Shown here one piece after another: positions 19,906-32,367 of a stretch of DNA of 64,000 nucleotides. Made by a program: the position numbers and the translations under genes. The DNA is from a virus (Duplodnaviria > Caudoviricetes): positions 32,001-96,000 of the IMG/VR virus record IMGVR_UViG_3300021387_001709; one strand, written 5' to 3'. A model generated the notes under the pieces. That model did no database searches, was not told the DNA's origin, and saw nothing but the letters and a program-made list of their open reading frames with translations. Position 1 is the first letter of the stretch; each line of letters starts with the position of its first letter.

Positions 19906-21363
19906 TCATGAGAACACCTGGTTTAACATTGCAGTCACGGCGGCATTAGTTGCTATATCAGCAGCCGTAACATAATCAGATAAGTCAAGTTTAGTGTCCC
20001 CAATTTTCTCAAATGCACTTCCGGTATAAATAAATTCATAGTATATATTAGTAGTTTCTGCCATTTCATTCGATAAACTATTTGCCGGCTTTGGCACTAA
20101 GTAAATGACTCCGAGTTCACCGGTTAACGTTGGAACATATGTAGTTGTGTTATATTCGCCAGTGCCGCACACATGATAACGAGTACTGACAAGATTATCT
20201 ATTGCAGAACTGATCGCAGCATCTACTCCAAGCATAGATTGGATAGCGGATTTAGCTTCATCGGTATATTGACCTACGGCATTAGAAGAGGATGATTGTG
20301 TTGTATCTCCAGCAGCTTTGGCTAACCCATAAAATGTCGCAGAATGTTCGATAGACGGAGTAATTGGTTTATAATTATTTGTGCCTTGTTTGGCATGAGT
20401 GGTTAATGCCGGATCAGTTCTTAATAATCCATCATTACCAACTACAATGCCTCCGTCAGCATTTGATTTAACAACACCTAGTACAGAAGCAGTGGCCAAT
20501 GGTATATTCGCAACCCTATTCTCAAGAATAGACGTCCCATTAATCTGAATATTATCAACCTTCCTGGCTTCTCCAAATTCCCAGGAAGTTACTTTGCCGT
20601 TGGAAATCGTCTTTGGCATCATAGCTTTGCCAACATCCTCAGCGGTAGCAGTTCCATACTGGAGAACGGCTTCTTTAGTTGCTAATCTATTGGTAAGTTC
20701 AGAAGTAGTAGCATAATTGCTGTCATTGGTCAATTGACTATTTTTGGTCGGAATACTTGCTTCGAGAGTATCAAGTTCTCCGTCTACATACTGTTTGGTA
20801 GTATAGTCACTGTCATTAGTTAGTTGACTGGTTTTGGTCGGGATTGCCGATTCAACTCCGGAAATCTCATCATCAACATAACCTTTGGTTGTGTAGTCAC
20901 TATCATTAGTTAATTCACTCGTTTTAGTCGGAATAGTGCCGGAAAGTTCATCAAGCGCTTGAGTCATCTCTTGGGCGAGTTGATTATCTGCGTCATCAAA
21001 TTCTTGTCTGATTACAGTAGCAGTTTGAGATAGCGACTGGTTAACCTCGGCAATCGCATCACCGGTTGCTTTGGCATCGGCGGATTGCCCAGTGTTCTTC
21101 AGAGTAGCATCAACAAGTGGAATAGCAATGTTGACGCTCTTTTGGTCAATAGCTTGCGCATTGCCATTGACCCGAATTGATTCTATCAAATTCTCCTAGG
21201 CGCCGGACTCGATTGATTCCAATTTCACCACGTCGGCATCAGAATAGTTGTTATCGGACAATGACTTCCCGGGTTCTTTGTCAACCTTGGTGGCTAATTT
21301 CTCCTTCATGTAGGCAACCAGAGTACGGACTCCGTCCAAAGAAAGAAATTCTGGTTTTGCCAT
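19906..21363 (-). CDS. Fibre-like structural protein (485 aa), TAG=Gln
   Basis: KVDKEPGKSLSDNNY...KLESIESGA(Q)ENLIESIRVNG fibre motif; 3x IPTK.S.LTNDS.Y repeats. Confidence 0.75.
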
Positions 21364-21382
21364 AATGTATCACCTTCCTTTC

Positions 21383-21706
21383 TTATTCGTTATTTAATAA
21401 ATCGTTGAGCTCCTCCTGGCTGATCTCGTCAGTCGGTAGCATAAATAATTCCTTTAGTTCGCCGGTTAATTCTATACCGTTGAGGGTTGGGAGATTAGTC
21501 AATAGTTCATAGTCGATTGTGTTGAGATCAATTAAATCTGTCCATGTGTCCTCATCTAAATATTTCCAGCGGAGCATAGTGCCATCGATTGATAGCTCAA
21601 CGGGGATACCGCGTAATGTTGCATTGCTGAGCAGCCCAGTAAGCGGTCTTGGAGAGGAGAGAGTACCACTTAACCCCATTGTTTGATTACTAGGCATCAC
21701 GGCCAC
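21383..21706 (-). CDS. Hypothetical structural-region protein
   Basis: AGGAGG RBS; DY..L.NLPTLNG.EL.G motif. Confidence 0.65.
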   Translation of the reverse strand: MAVMPSNQTMGLSGTLSSPRPLTGLLSNATLRGIPVELSIDGTMLRWKYLDEDTWTDLIDLNTIDYELLTNLPTLNGIELTGELKELFMLPTDEISQEELNDLLNNE

Positions 21707-22050
21707 CTCCTCTTATCGCCAACCTGAGGCGTAATAATAAACTTAGTAGGCGGAATGACAGTATCCACTTTCCCATTGTTAAGCACCACCTCAACATCAT
21801 AAAAATATGAAATATTTGGATCAAAATCTGTTTCTTCTGGTAATAGTCTTAATTCCAACGTATCTGTCGGAATTTCCTTCATAACAAGCGGTTCTTCTTC
21901 GTCGTCTGTACTTGTCTTAAGCGAAAATCTGATATAATCTCCAGGGTCTGGCTAATAAATATTGCCATCGGCATCGGTCAACTCAAGCGTTGTCCAGAGA
22001 CTATCACCGCGAGTACAACTAATCACGTTTTTCTTTATCCAACTACTCAT
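21697..22050 (-). CDS. BppU-like Ig-fold baseplate protein, TAG=Gln
   Basis: I.CTRGDS...Y(Q)P.PGD.IRF..K...IPTDTL.L.L.PE.T...Y.YDV....G.VDT.I; GGAGGTG RBS. Confidence 0.7.
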
Positions 22051-22099
22051 ACATTAATCACCTCCATAAATCAAATAAGTCGGCTACCGAAAATATCAT

Positions 22100-22337
22100 A
22101 TCTTCGGCAACTGACATCATAATTCTTAGCTTTTTTGTTGAAGTCTGGCTTTCGTATTTGTTATCCATTTATCCTAAGATTCTTCACTCCACTCGTTGAA
22201 ATTTTTTGGAATTTTTGGCTTTTCCTCATGCGCTTACCAAATCCGCGAAATGATAATTCTGTTATTTGTTTCCAAATATCCAACATATTATCCATTACTT
22301 CGAACTTGGTTTCTTTTCTGTCTTTCTTTAAAATCAT
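22100..22337 (-). pseudogene. avd: Truncated, frameshifted Avd-like (DGR accessory) gene
   Basis: MILKKDRKETKFEVMDN...ITELSFRGFGK resembles the Avd N-terminus; AAGGAG RBS; plausible continuation in another frame (KPKIPKNFNEWSEES), then lost. Confidence 0.55.
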
Positions 22338-22357
22338 TATTTCTCCTTTTTCTCCCT

Positions 22358-22375
22358 CCACCCCTAAAGGGGTGG
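22358..22375. promoter_or_regulatory. GC hairpin just downstream of the DGR variable region
   Basis: CCACCCC-TAAA-GGGGTGG, 2 nt after the target gene stop. Confidence 0.65.
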
Positions 22376-22377
22376 GA

Positions 22378-23460
22378 TTATCCGATTAGTAGGAAGCGGG
22401 GCCGAACGCCAAAAGCGTAAGCTGAACCGTTGAAGTCGGCGCGACAGGAGTAGCCGACATGAGCCACGCCGACCGCCGAGCTAACCGAACGGAGCCACCA
22501 ATAGGCCCTAGTATTAGCAAAATCCCTTTGGAGAGCAAAAATCGCAAACTGGAACTTGTCAATTCCTACCTCATATCCGACATTTTGCCAATTATTTCCT
22601 CTTCCCCATATTTGTTGACCATAAACTTGAGTCTCATTCGGCAAATCGCAGATTGACTTGCAAGTTAGGCTCGTCTAATCGTTATCGGCGAACCACGCCC
22701 ATCCACTAGCTAACCCCGATTCGGTATCTGACGATGGATTATAACATAATATAGGCAACGGTTTTACATGGGAAGAACCAAAAGCATTGATCACTATAGT
22801 ATTTGCTGCCTTCATTATTACAGTCCTCATACGACTGTATTTATATCCACCCGCAGTTGTATGAGTGTTTGGCTCTTCCATGGTGGCATTCCACTTAAAA
22901 GCAGTAGCACCTTCCTAAAAAGAAACCGTAACCCCGGCATTAGCAGTATTGATAAAAGTCAGCGTGTCGCTAGTTCCATACAAAACCGTTCCCTCCGGGA
23001 TATTCATGTTGGATCTGGGCATCATAACAAGATGATGCACATTAAAATCTATGTCTCCACATCTAATATAATAATCAAAATCTACAATAGCATAACTATT
23101 AGCCCCAACTGTTATATAATCACCAAGGAATAAGTCCTCAAAAAGTGAATACCCATTAGTACCATTAATACGTTTCCATAATGAACCGTCAGTAAGATAG
23201 CTCGTAATATCTTTTCCGCGGTATACACTATTATGCCAACCTGCTAATGCTCCGGGCGTTCTCTCATTAAGATCGGACAATGCCGCCTAAACAGATTGCG
23301 TAGCTCCCGCTAAAGTAGAAGATGCGTATTGTTCAATTATTGCCTTTGCAAGAAGATTATAATTAATCTTCTATAGCGTAGAATCATTTTTACTGATAAA
23401 AACACTGTCTGCCGCTGTAATAGCAGAAGCAGACGGTTTTGTATTTATATTTATTCCCAT
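22378..23460 (-). CDS. DGR-target-type receptor-binding protein (DUF6273/CLec-like C-terminus, 360 aa), TAG=Gln
   Basis: Three track ORFs share one frame; HNSVYRGKD, DLFLGDY, GGY..S.MR; C-terminal YWWLRS...GVRPRFLL. Confidence 0.8.
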
Positions 23461-23487
23461 ATTTTATCACCTCAATAAAATAACCAT

Positions 23488-23790
23488 TTAATCGTATAAA
23501 TAATCCTTTGTGGAATCAATACCAATTTTGTCAGCAATTGCGGCGCATAAGTCGGTAAAACTAATACGATGAATCGCAGTACCGTCACTAACAATTACCG
23601 TCCATGTATCGGAAATGGACGTTGCGGTTGATACGGTGTTAATATCTTTTGCTCCATTGATTTCCGCATAAATTGGCTGGGCGAATCTAGCCGCCCCGGT
23701 CACCATCATATTCCCGGCATTAAGTTCTGTCGTCTATACAGAATCAGCCACAAGATTATTTAGCCGAACTGTTGTATTTGTATCTGCCAT
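23488..23790 (-). CDS. Hypothetical structural protein, TAG=Gln
   Basis: GGAGAG RBS; 1 TAG; LNNLV...VTGAARF resembles the N-terminus of the 17557 fibre. Confidence 0.65.
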
Positions 23791-23821
23791 TAATTATCTC
23801 CTCCAATAATGGCAATATATA

Positions 23822-24052
23822 TTACCATTCAATAAATCCATTCCCCATAATTGTTCCATTATTACCAATAGAGAAAATATCAAACCCCTCATAAAATCCA
23901 TGAGATAGATTATAGCCATCCATGTAACTGTCTAAAAGAGTTTCGCCGCCCTCGTCCAGAAGAGATACATTATTTTCATCCACTAATAAATATAATGAAC
24001 TTGAAATTGCAGGAGTGGCATGAACCACTCCCGTCTTATAAAAACTAGCCAT
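23822..24052 (-). CDS. Hypothetical protein
   Basis: AAGGAGG RBS, intact ORF. Confidence 0.65.
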   Translation of the reverse strand: MASFYKTGVVHATPAISSSLYLLVDENNVSLLDEGGETLLDSYMDGYNLSHGFYEGFDIFSIGNNGTIMGNGFIEW

Positions 24053-24062
24053 AGAATCCTCC

Positions 24063-25832
24063 TTATTCCTATAATTCGCCCTAGGTTAGAAGAGTTCCGT
24101 TGTTACTCAGACTGATGGGGGTATGATAGAGAGACTAAATATCTTCCAGAGAAAGAGCGGTGTTATATATTCTAAAATCCGACATTTGGCAATCACAATT
24201 TTGAAGTGTCTTTCCTATGACGTAATAATAATCCATAGAATTACTATCTGTAATTGTGTTAGTATACACAGATTTTCCATTCTAATACATTGTAATCATT
24301 CCTTTATTATAAGTAAAAGCATAATGTGTCCATTCACCTATGGAGTATGTCCAATTATAGTGATCGAACGGATACGTCGATCCTCCCTATCTAATAGTTA
24401 ATGTCATTATATCAGCCGTGGTTGCACTAATCGTAGCAGCTATACTATATGTTCCTTGTGCAGCATCTAAAGCTTTAGTATTCTATAGAAGGAACATTCC
24501 TTCCCATTTCTTTCGCCACGTATTAAATTTTCCCCACCAGGCAATCGTAAATTCATTGCTTAAGTGGATGGTGGAAGTATTATTAATAATATATGATGAA
24601 CCATCAAATGAGGAACTTGTAAAATATCGCGGTGTATCTCCAGATGTGGAGATAGTACCAACTTTAGTAGCGTTATTCCCAAAACCACTCACATCATAAA
24701 CTACGTTTGAATCCAACCCCATAGCGGAATACAACGAATCAGTGGTAGCAGGGGTCCAAGGAGTCAACTTATCTCCAACTTCCAACTTCGGATGCGAAAC
24801 CTTCACCGTCCCAGATTTAACGCCTTGAATATAAATACCAACCAAGTGATTTGCGGGCATCGTACCTAGCAAAGTTACTGTCTTACTCACGATTCCATGA
24901 AATGATCCAGTGAATGCCTCACAAACATTCGCTCCATTACTTAACGTTTCACCAGCCCACGCCCCAACATATTGACTGCCTCCGGCTGTCTTTGCAAATC
25001 CGTCAATTTCCATCCCGACTCTACGGTATGAAGCAGTAGCATTCTCATTCCATACCACATTATCCGCATCTACTCGGCACGAAGCAGTTACAACAGTTCC
25101 TTCTGGCAGAGATGAAGTGGTTCGCATTTTTGTATTTGAGCCTGTGGTAATGGATACGTTAGAGTTATTAACGTAGTTATCTGCGCCAAAGCCTTCTCTT
25201 GACAGCGGATAATGAAGTACCAACCCTTTAGATATCTCCTTAATTTCGCGAGGAGAGAGAGCGGTATCATAAAAACGGAAATCATTAATGCTACAGTCTG
25301 CACGCTAAAGATTGTTTTCCCGGGAACAAAGCATACAATAAGTATATGTATCTCCCAAAAAAGTAGGGACATTGCTATCAGTATATAACAATTCGCCATT
25401 CTTATACCATTTAAGAGTGTTTGTTTTATCTAACACAATAGCGATATGTGCCCATTCTCCTAATGCCGGAATATAATTGTATTTATCATATATCTATTTT
25501 TTAGACTCATTGATGTAATCATAAATATGGAATCCGATTGTGTTAGCGTTTGAATAACACATACCCACATATTCATTATTGCCATTAGAAAATGCAAATA
25601 CCCTATTCCAAGCTCCATTAAATGAGTTAACTTTAAGCCAAAGAGCTATACAAAATTCACTATTGATTGTAATTGAACTATTTAAATTAATAGAACCATT
25701 ACCACCACCGTTGTAACATTTTCCGACTTTCCCATTTTCCCACGTTCCGCCTCCAACCAATTGAGGCGAGACATTAAGCGATCCTTGGTTTTCGACATTA
25801 CCATTTAATGGAAGCCATAACTATAGTGCCAT
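24063..25832 (-). CDS. Concanavalin A-like lectin/LamG domain protein (589 aa), TAG=Gln
   Basis: MAL(Q)LWLPLNG...NQG; W.HIA; INDFRFYD.ALS..EIKEISKGLVLHYPL; MSDFRIY.T.LS; one frame, ends TAA. Confidence 0.85.
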
Positions 25833-26026
25833 ATATCATCCGCCTCCTCCCAATTATATTTATTTTTCATTGTTATCAGTTCCTTTATTAAAACATTGGT
25901 CTTTTGCTGCAAATATTTATAGCTGAATATAAAAATCTGCAGCAAATTTTGTACTCAGCTACAAACGAAATAATTTTATAACCCAGTAAATACAAGGATT
26001 ATATGCTTACGCAATATTCTCTGTTC

Positions 26027-26560
26027 TCACTTATTTTTATAGTAATCTGCCCATTTGCTATCGATAAAATAACAAGCTATATCCCTCTTTATATCCGTAC
26101 CACGGAAGAATATAAATGGGTTAACTACAAAACATTTTTTCATCTTATTAGGATCACGGTCGGACTATATGTCAATCTTTTTAATAATCTCTTTGTTAAT
26201 AAGAGAAAGTATAGTTTTACGAAAGCCACCATATTCCTCGTCTAGGATTTCACTCATTGTTTTTATATCTAATATTTTCCCATCACATCGGAGAACTCCG
26301 TCTTTATATGAAATAAATGGTATAAGCCCCATAACGACAGAATTCTCTCGCGTAGATAATTCCCGATGTAACTCTACTAAAGGGTTTACAAACATTTTAA
26401 CGAACCCCTCCTTTTTATTAAAATTAATAATATATTCTTCGGCATATTCGCTTGGGGTTGAATTTACAACTTTGTCACCAGTATATAAATCTTTTATTAT
26501 TTCGCCGTTTAAATCAACAATGTATCCAACCTTTTCTCTATTATCATCTGTATGACTCAT
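26027..26560 (-). CDS. RepL-like winged-helix protein (177 aa), TAG=Gln
   Basis: FVKMF, HTH-like segment, C-terminal FVVNPFIFFRG after the TAG at 26165; AAGGAGG RBS. Confidence 0.65.
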
Positions 26561-26577
26561 CTGAATTCCTCCTTATC

Positions 26578-26757
26578 TTACTATCTATATTCTTTCATAG
26601 CTTGTCTAAGATTAGGAGAGTCTTTGAATATGAAAACATTTTTTCCCGTTTGGGTACCATTTTCTCTATCCATAGCGATGAGTACAAAACCTTTTGTCAT
26701 TAATGTCCCAGCCAGTCTCTGGCTGTGAATTACAATAGTTTTTGTTTCATCAATCAT
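26578..26757 (-). CDS. DUF5659-like small protein
   Basis: IHSQRLAG.LM.KGFVLI....NVFIFKDS..L..AM.EY; ends TAG-TAA. Confidence 0.7.
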
Positions 26758-26778
26758 TTATTATTTTCCTTTCTATAC

Positions 26779-29700
26779 TTAATTAAATACGAAATCCAAA
26801 CAGCCCAGTGTTTTGTTCATTACGAGCTTAACAGTGTTAGCAGCGTCAGTAGTCCCCGAGCCAATCGTAAGACTTCCAGGAACAGCCGTATTACCGGCAG
26901 CATCCAGTAACGTCATTTCGTGAACAACTGCATTTGACGTATTATATTGCCTAGCCTTAATCTATTCGCCAGAGCCGCCATCGTCGCCTGTGGCAATCTC
27001 TAAAACAGTATCTGTTTCACCCGTTCCGAGCACACGAATCCATCCTTCGTCATTTCGAGTAGCCGGATTAGAAAATGCTACTCCGTCGGCGAATAATCCG
27101 CCGCGAGGAGCAGTTGATATCTCAGTAACTTTACCTCCGGTAACTGTCATTTTGGTTGTTGATAAATAATAAGTTCCCGTAACCGCCCCGGTAAACGTTG
27201 CCCCACTAAGTTTAGCATAAGTAGAACTGATGGTATTCCCATCCCCATCTTGCGTAGCCTTAGTAGCAGTACCGGCAACGTTGGCAACCGTTAACGTATT
27301 GGTAGACGGATTATATTTGAAATCATCGTCATAGTTTCTATAAGTTTCTGCCGTACTGTCGGAGAACCATACGTGACGATCGGCATTAGTAGTACCAGCA
27401 ACTCCGGAAACGCTAGATGCGGTAGTTGCAGTGGTGGCATTCCCAGATATACTTATTCCCCATGTGCCGGACGCACCGGTACCATCTTTTTTAACGGTGT
27501 AAGAAGTATAATTATCGGAATCTATCATTGTTTTCCATGCAGTGGTATTATCCAATGCTTTCGCACTAAAGCTTCTATAATAAATATATCCATTAGAAGA
27601 AAAACCAATCTATGAATCATAATTTCCACCATGTCTATTTATTGTGATAATAGCATTTGAATTATCAGTTCTAGCAAATATACCAGTCGGATTACTAACG
27701 TTATAACTAAATCGTATTTTACCATCCCCAGGATGAGTAATCATAGCTGGGTCAGCTTCAAGAGTACCAGTAAACAATTTTGTTGTCGTCGCAATACTCC
27801 ATCCAGCCTACGAACTCGCCGACCCAGTAGTATCTCCGGTTAATGTAACCGATTGATTAGACGCAAACTTCGTTGCAGTTCCGGCATTACCAGTCACGCT
27901 AGTAATATTCGGTAATGTCAATGTAGTAGTACCTTTCGTCGTAATATGACCGTAAGCATCATATGTTACCGTCGGAATATTAAAGCTACCACCATTTGTA
28001 AGCGTTCCGGTAGCTGTTCCCGACGCAGTTCCGGCAGTAATCGCCGAGTTTGCGTGTTTAACGGTTGCAATACCTGTAGATTTATCAAGTGTAACAGATA
28101 TACCGTTTGAACCGACAATGTTGTTAGCTTCGATTGTACCGCCTGATGTTACGGTGATACTGTCAAGTTTGGATTTATCCTCCGGACTCATCCAACCCTA
28201 GGCTGATGTTGTAGCATTATCGGCAATTTCCGCAATCGACCAGCTGACATTACCAGACCAATCTATTGCTTTCGCCGTTTTTCCCACTGTAATAGTACGC
28301 GAATTTAATTTTCCGCTAAACGTCGTCGCCGTTACAGTTCCCGGAAAACTGGTATTACCGGAAGAATTTAAAAGATACGCTTCTCGGGCAACCGCACTAC
28401 TTGTATTATATTGTCTTACAACAATTGCTTCATTTGAGTCGTCTCCGACGGCTATTTCCAAAAATCCGCTGTTCGCGGTCTCTTCAACATGTCTTATCCA
28501 ACCTGAATCATTATTTGTATTCCCATTATAAGGATCTGCAAACGCAATACCATTGGAATAAATACGCGTTCCTCTTTTGCTTCCATTATATTTTAATTCA
28601 GTTGGCATACCGCTGGTTAATGAAAGCCTATTGTAATTTCCTCCAGCCGCGGAGTTCCCTTGCACCCAAATACCGCCGGATTGGGATATGAGTTCTCCCG
28701 TCATCGTTCCGCCGGACAACTTCAAATATGTGGAATTAATTGTATTACCATCGCCATCCTAGGTTGCTTTTGTTGCACTCCCGGCAGAATTGGCATAATT
28801 GACAGATTTATTAGCATCAGCAGTATTATCAACGTTGCTAAGTCCAAGTGTAGTCTTTACATTAGCCGCACTAATTGCCCTCAGTTCATATCCATCCCAA
28901 GCCGCGAACCACGGAGTCGCAGTCCAATTTGCTGTTAATCCAGATTTAGAATATGCGAATGTGGTAGCAGTACCATTACCACTATCAAATACCTTGGTTG
29001 ACCCACCGGTGATATTGCCGGTTAAATCCCCGTACAATCCATTGGTAAATCTTCCGGCACCCGTGACAACAAGATTCCCGGCGTTAAGTTCAACCGTATT
29101 AATAGTGTCGAAGTCATTATTATCGAGCTTGCGGTAAGTAGTTTTAATGGCATTTCCATCCGCATCATTAATCGCCGATCCCGCAGTAATAGAAGACTAA
29201 TTTACCCAAGTTGGAGCAGCATTCCCATTACTCTTAAGAAGTTGTCCGGAAGTCCCGGCAGTAATCTGGGATAATGCATTAGTGGCAGAAGCATAAACGA
29301 TTCCCCATTGTGTCCAGCTGGTTTTGCCAGTTCCACCGTAACCGACGCCAATTGTGCCGACAGTTACCGCAGCACTGCCGTCAAACGACTGACCATTAAT
29401 AGATAATGCGTTAGTAACCTTCTTAGCGACATTAGCGGTAGCATTAAGAGTACCGGTTACTGTAAGATTACCATTAACAATGCCGCCGGTAGTAGATATA
29501 TATTGTCCTTCAACGTCGCCGATTGCAGCATAACGTTTATTCAGCGGTTGACCCTGCTCATATATATTACCCTCATTATCCACTTGGAAAAAGTATGTCC
29601 ATTCCGAGTCCATAGTCGGTATATCATTTCCGGTATATTTTCGTCCGTAGAAAAAAGATTTGTTATATGTCGTCACTGCACTGTCAGTAGAGGATCTTGC

Positions 29701-32310
29701 ACTAAAATCAGTCGGAATTTTCATACCTACATCATAATAAGTGTTGGTAGAAGTATCTTTATAATATGTGGATTCTCCGCTATACTCAGCAGTACTCGTA
29801 TATTTTCGCGTTTGGATTGCATTATCATTAATTTGCCAATTTCCTGTTTGAAGATATGGGTTACCAGTTCCGACAAGAGCCGCATGGGTACCGATATTAT
29901 AATCTTCAACTTGCTCAATGCTCCAGTAAGAAGAACCTTCGCCGAATCGACCTGCCGTTCCGTATACCGTTCCGTTAAACCATGCACCGGGCTAAACAGT
30001 CGTACCTTGAGGAGCAACCTAGATAACGCCAAAATTCGGTGTCCAAAAGTTACCGTTTGTTAAATCCAGGAACGTCCCGTTCAGTGAATATGGAGAACTT
30101 AGATTAGATGATGCTCTATAGTTGTTAGACATAATGGCATCAGTAGCAAGTTGATTGGATGTAATCGTATTTGTGGCTATCCAGCCGCCCTAAATCGTCG
30201 TAGTATCCGACACCGCTCCGTCTGTCCATTTTTTAATCATGCTCAATGCGTTGGTTAAGCTTGTTCCGTTATTACCTACCCAATTTACAACTCCATACGC
30301 ATAACCATATGCATTATCCAATGTAGTTATTACTTCATATGGTGACTTTGGGGGATTGTATAATCTGGCATCGACCATCGCCCCCTCGGAATGCGGTTCA
30401 ACAAATTGCCCAATTACAATGTCTCTATTCTCAATCCATGACCAAGTATTGGCTACAGTCGGAGTCGGCGTTTCTCCATATTTCCAGCCGGAATCATACC
30501 AGACCAAATAAAGATCGCCGGATGTAGCCGTGACCGACGGCAATCTCAACACTAAATAAATTGTTTTATAGTACGGACATATTGTATTTGGGTCAATCAT
30601 CTTTTTGGCAACGGTAATTTTTCGCCCTTTATAATAAATATAGCCGTCAACATCGGCTGGTTCATTGTCTTCATTAAAACCGTGGATATAGCATTCTCCA
30701 TTATTAAATGTGGAAAATGCCGAATAATTTATCTTCATTGCCAAACCCTGGTCGGCTTTATCGTTGGCCAAAGTTGCGGACGCACTCGCAGAATTAGCTG
30801 TTGTTTCAATCGTATCTATCCTGGATTGTGTGGTAGTATCTAACATATTGAAAGTAACATTGCCGATAAGATCGACTTTGCTTGCCTAAATCGTTGCGTC
30901 TTCTTTAGATAAATTAATTTTGGAGATGATTTCATCAGCGCCGACTTTTGAGGCAACCGACAACGAAATACTGTCTGTTGTTTGTTTAATTTCGGTTTTT
31001 GCAGTATTTACCACATCATCCGCATATTTTTCCAAATCGCGCGGATTGATAGCATATTCAGAAGCCGTGGTAGCTTTTTCTACCATTGCATAGCCGTCAT
31101 CAAAATGACGATATGACACTCTCAAATATTTGACCCCTTCGGGGATAGTAATTTTATATGTTAGATGTTCTTGACCGTCAGCAGTAGTTTCAACTCCCGA
31201 ACCGGATGTCTTTCCATACTTACCAACTCGTCCGCCAACCGGTGTTCCGGTATTGTTACTATAGTATTGATATGCCAGCCACGATTCACCATCATCGGTT
31301 GTCGGAGTTGCCCATGACTGAATAACATATGACTCACCTTCTTTAACGGGAATAAATTGTGATGTGCGTTCATTCGTCGTTGGGTTCGGCGCGACAACCG
31401 CACCGGAACTGGCATGAATATATCCCGGCGCTTCATCCGCAATCACATATAGGTTATTGCCGCCGATTTTAATGTTATTAATTACCTTATCAACATCACT
31501 GAGTTTTGCATATGTGGAAGTAACTGTCTGTTGGAAAGAATCAGCAGTTTGCTTATTTTGTGTTACAGTATTCTGCAGCGTTTTAAATTCTTCTCCGTCA
31601 GCCTTTGTAGATAATTCAGATGATATGTCGGAAACTGTCGAAGTGATTCCGGTAATATCCTACTCAGTTTGGCTAACGCGACTTCTTATGTCGGCACCTG
31701 TCGTACCGTCATATGCATTGATAGAAGAGTTAATGTCGTCCTGCCAGATTTTTTGCGTTATCTTTTTGTTAACTTCATCCGCCAGATTAATCAAACCGCT
31801 AATCGTAGAACGATGAACAGCATCGGAATATGTCACGTTTCCGTCGGTCAATGTAATTTCATACCTTCCCCATAGATATTTACCGCTGGGAATTTCGTCG
31901 GGTTCGTCATATGACCATGAGCCGCCAGCGACCGCAGTGGGAGAGGAGGACAGATACCATTGCTCCTTATATGTGGTGACCCCAACACCTCGTTCGCCGG
32001 GAGCGCCGTCAACTCCGGAACGACTTACATTATAAATAATCGCAAATTTCCCGTCGCTGTATACAGTGCGAGTTCTTGTCCAGAGCCATTCGCCGTCGGC
32101 AACATTAGGCAATTCAGTGCTCCAATTTCCCTGCGTGAGGACAATTCCATTAATGTCGGTAATAACATTGCCGTCTTTATCGGTAAACGGCGCCCCAGGA
32201 GGTATTGTACCGCTAGAAGAAACGGCATATTCAACTATTGTCTCAGCTACTGAATTTCCGTCCTATACATCAATCACTGACGTTGAACTCATTGCTAATA
32301 TTTTAGGCAT
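26779..32310 (-). CDS. Very large tail fibre/adhesin (1843 aa), TAG=Gln
   Basis: Eight track ORFs in one frame, each ending at TAG; WLWTRT, IKQTTDSISL.V, IGG.NL, GNA.TATK repeats; C-terminus LDFVFN-TAA. Confidence 0.82.
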
Positions 32311-32367
32311 TATTTGTCACCTCCTTCATAATAATCATTTTTTTCATCCATATGCCCCCTAAGCCGA

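Noticed and set aside
22378-22500. A complete, active DGR
   Set aside because: No reverse transcriptase or template repeat was found in the window and avd appears broken, so it is reported only as a remnant or remote target.
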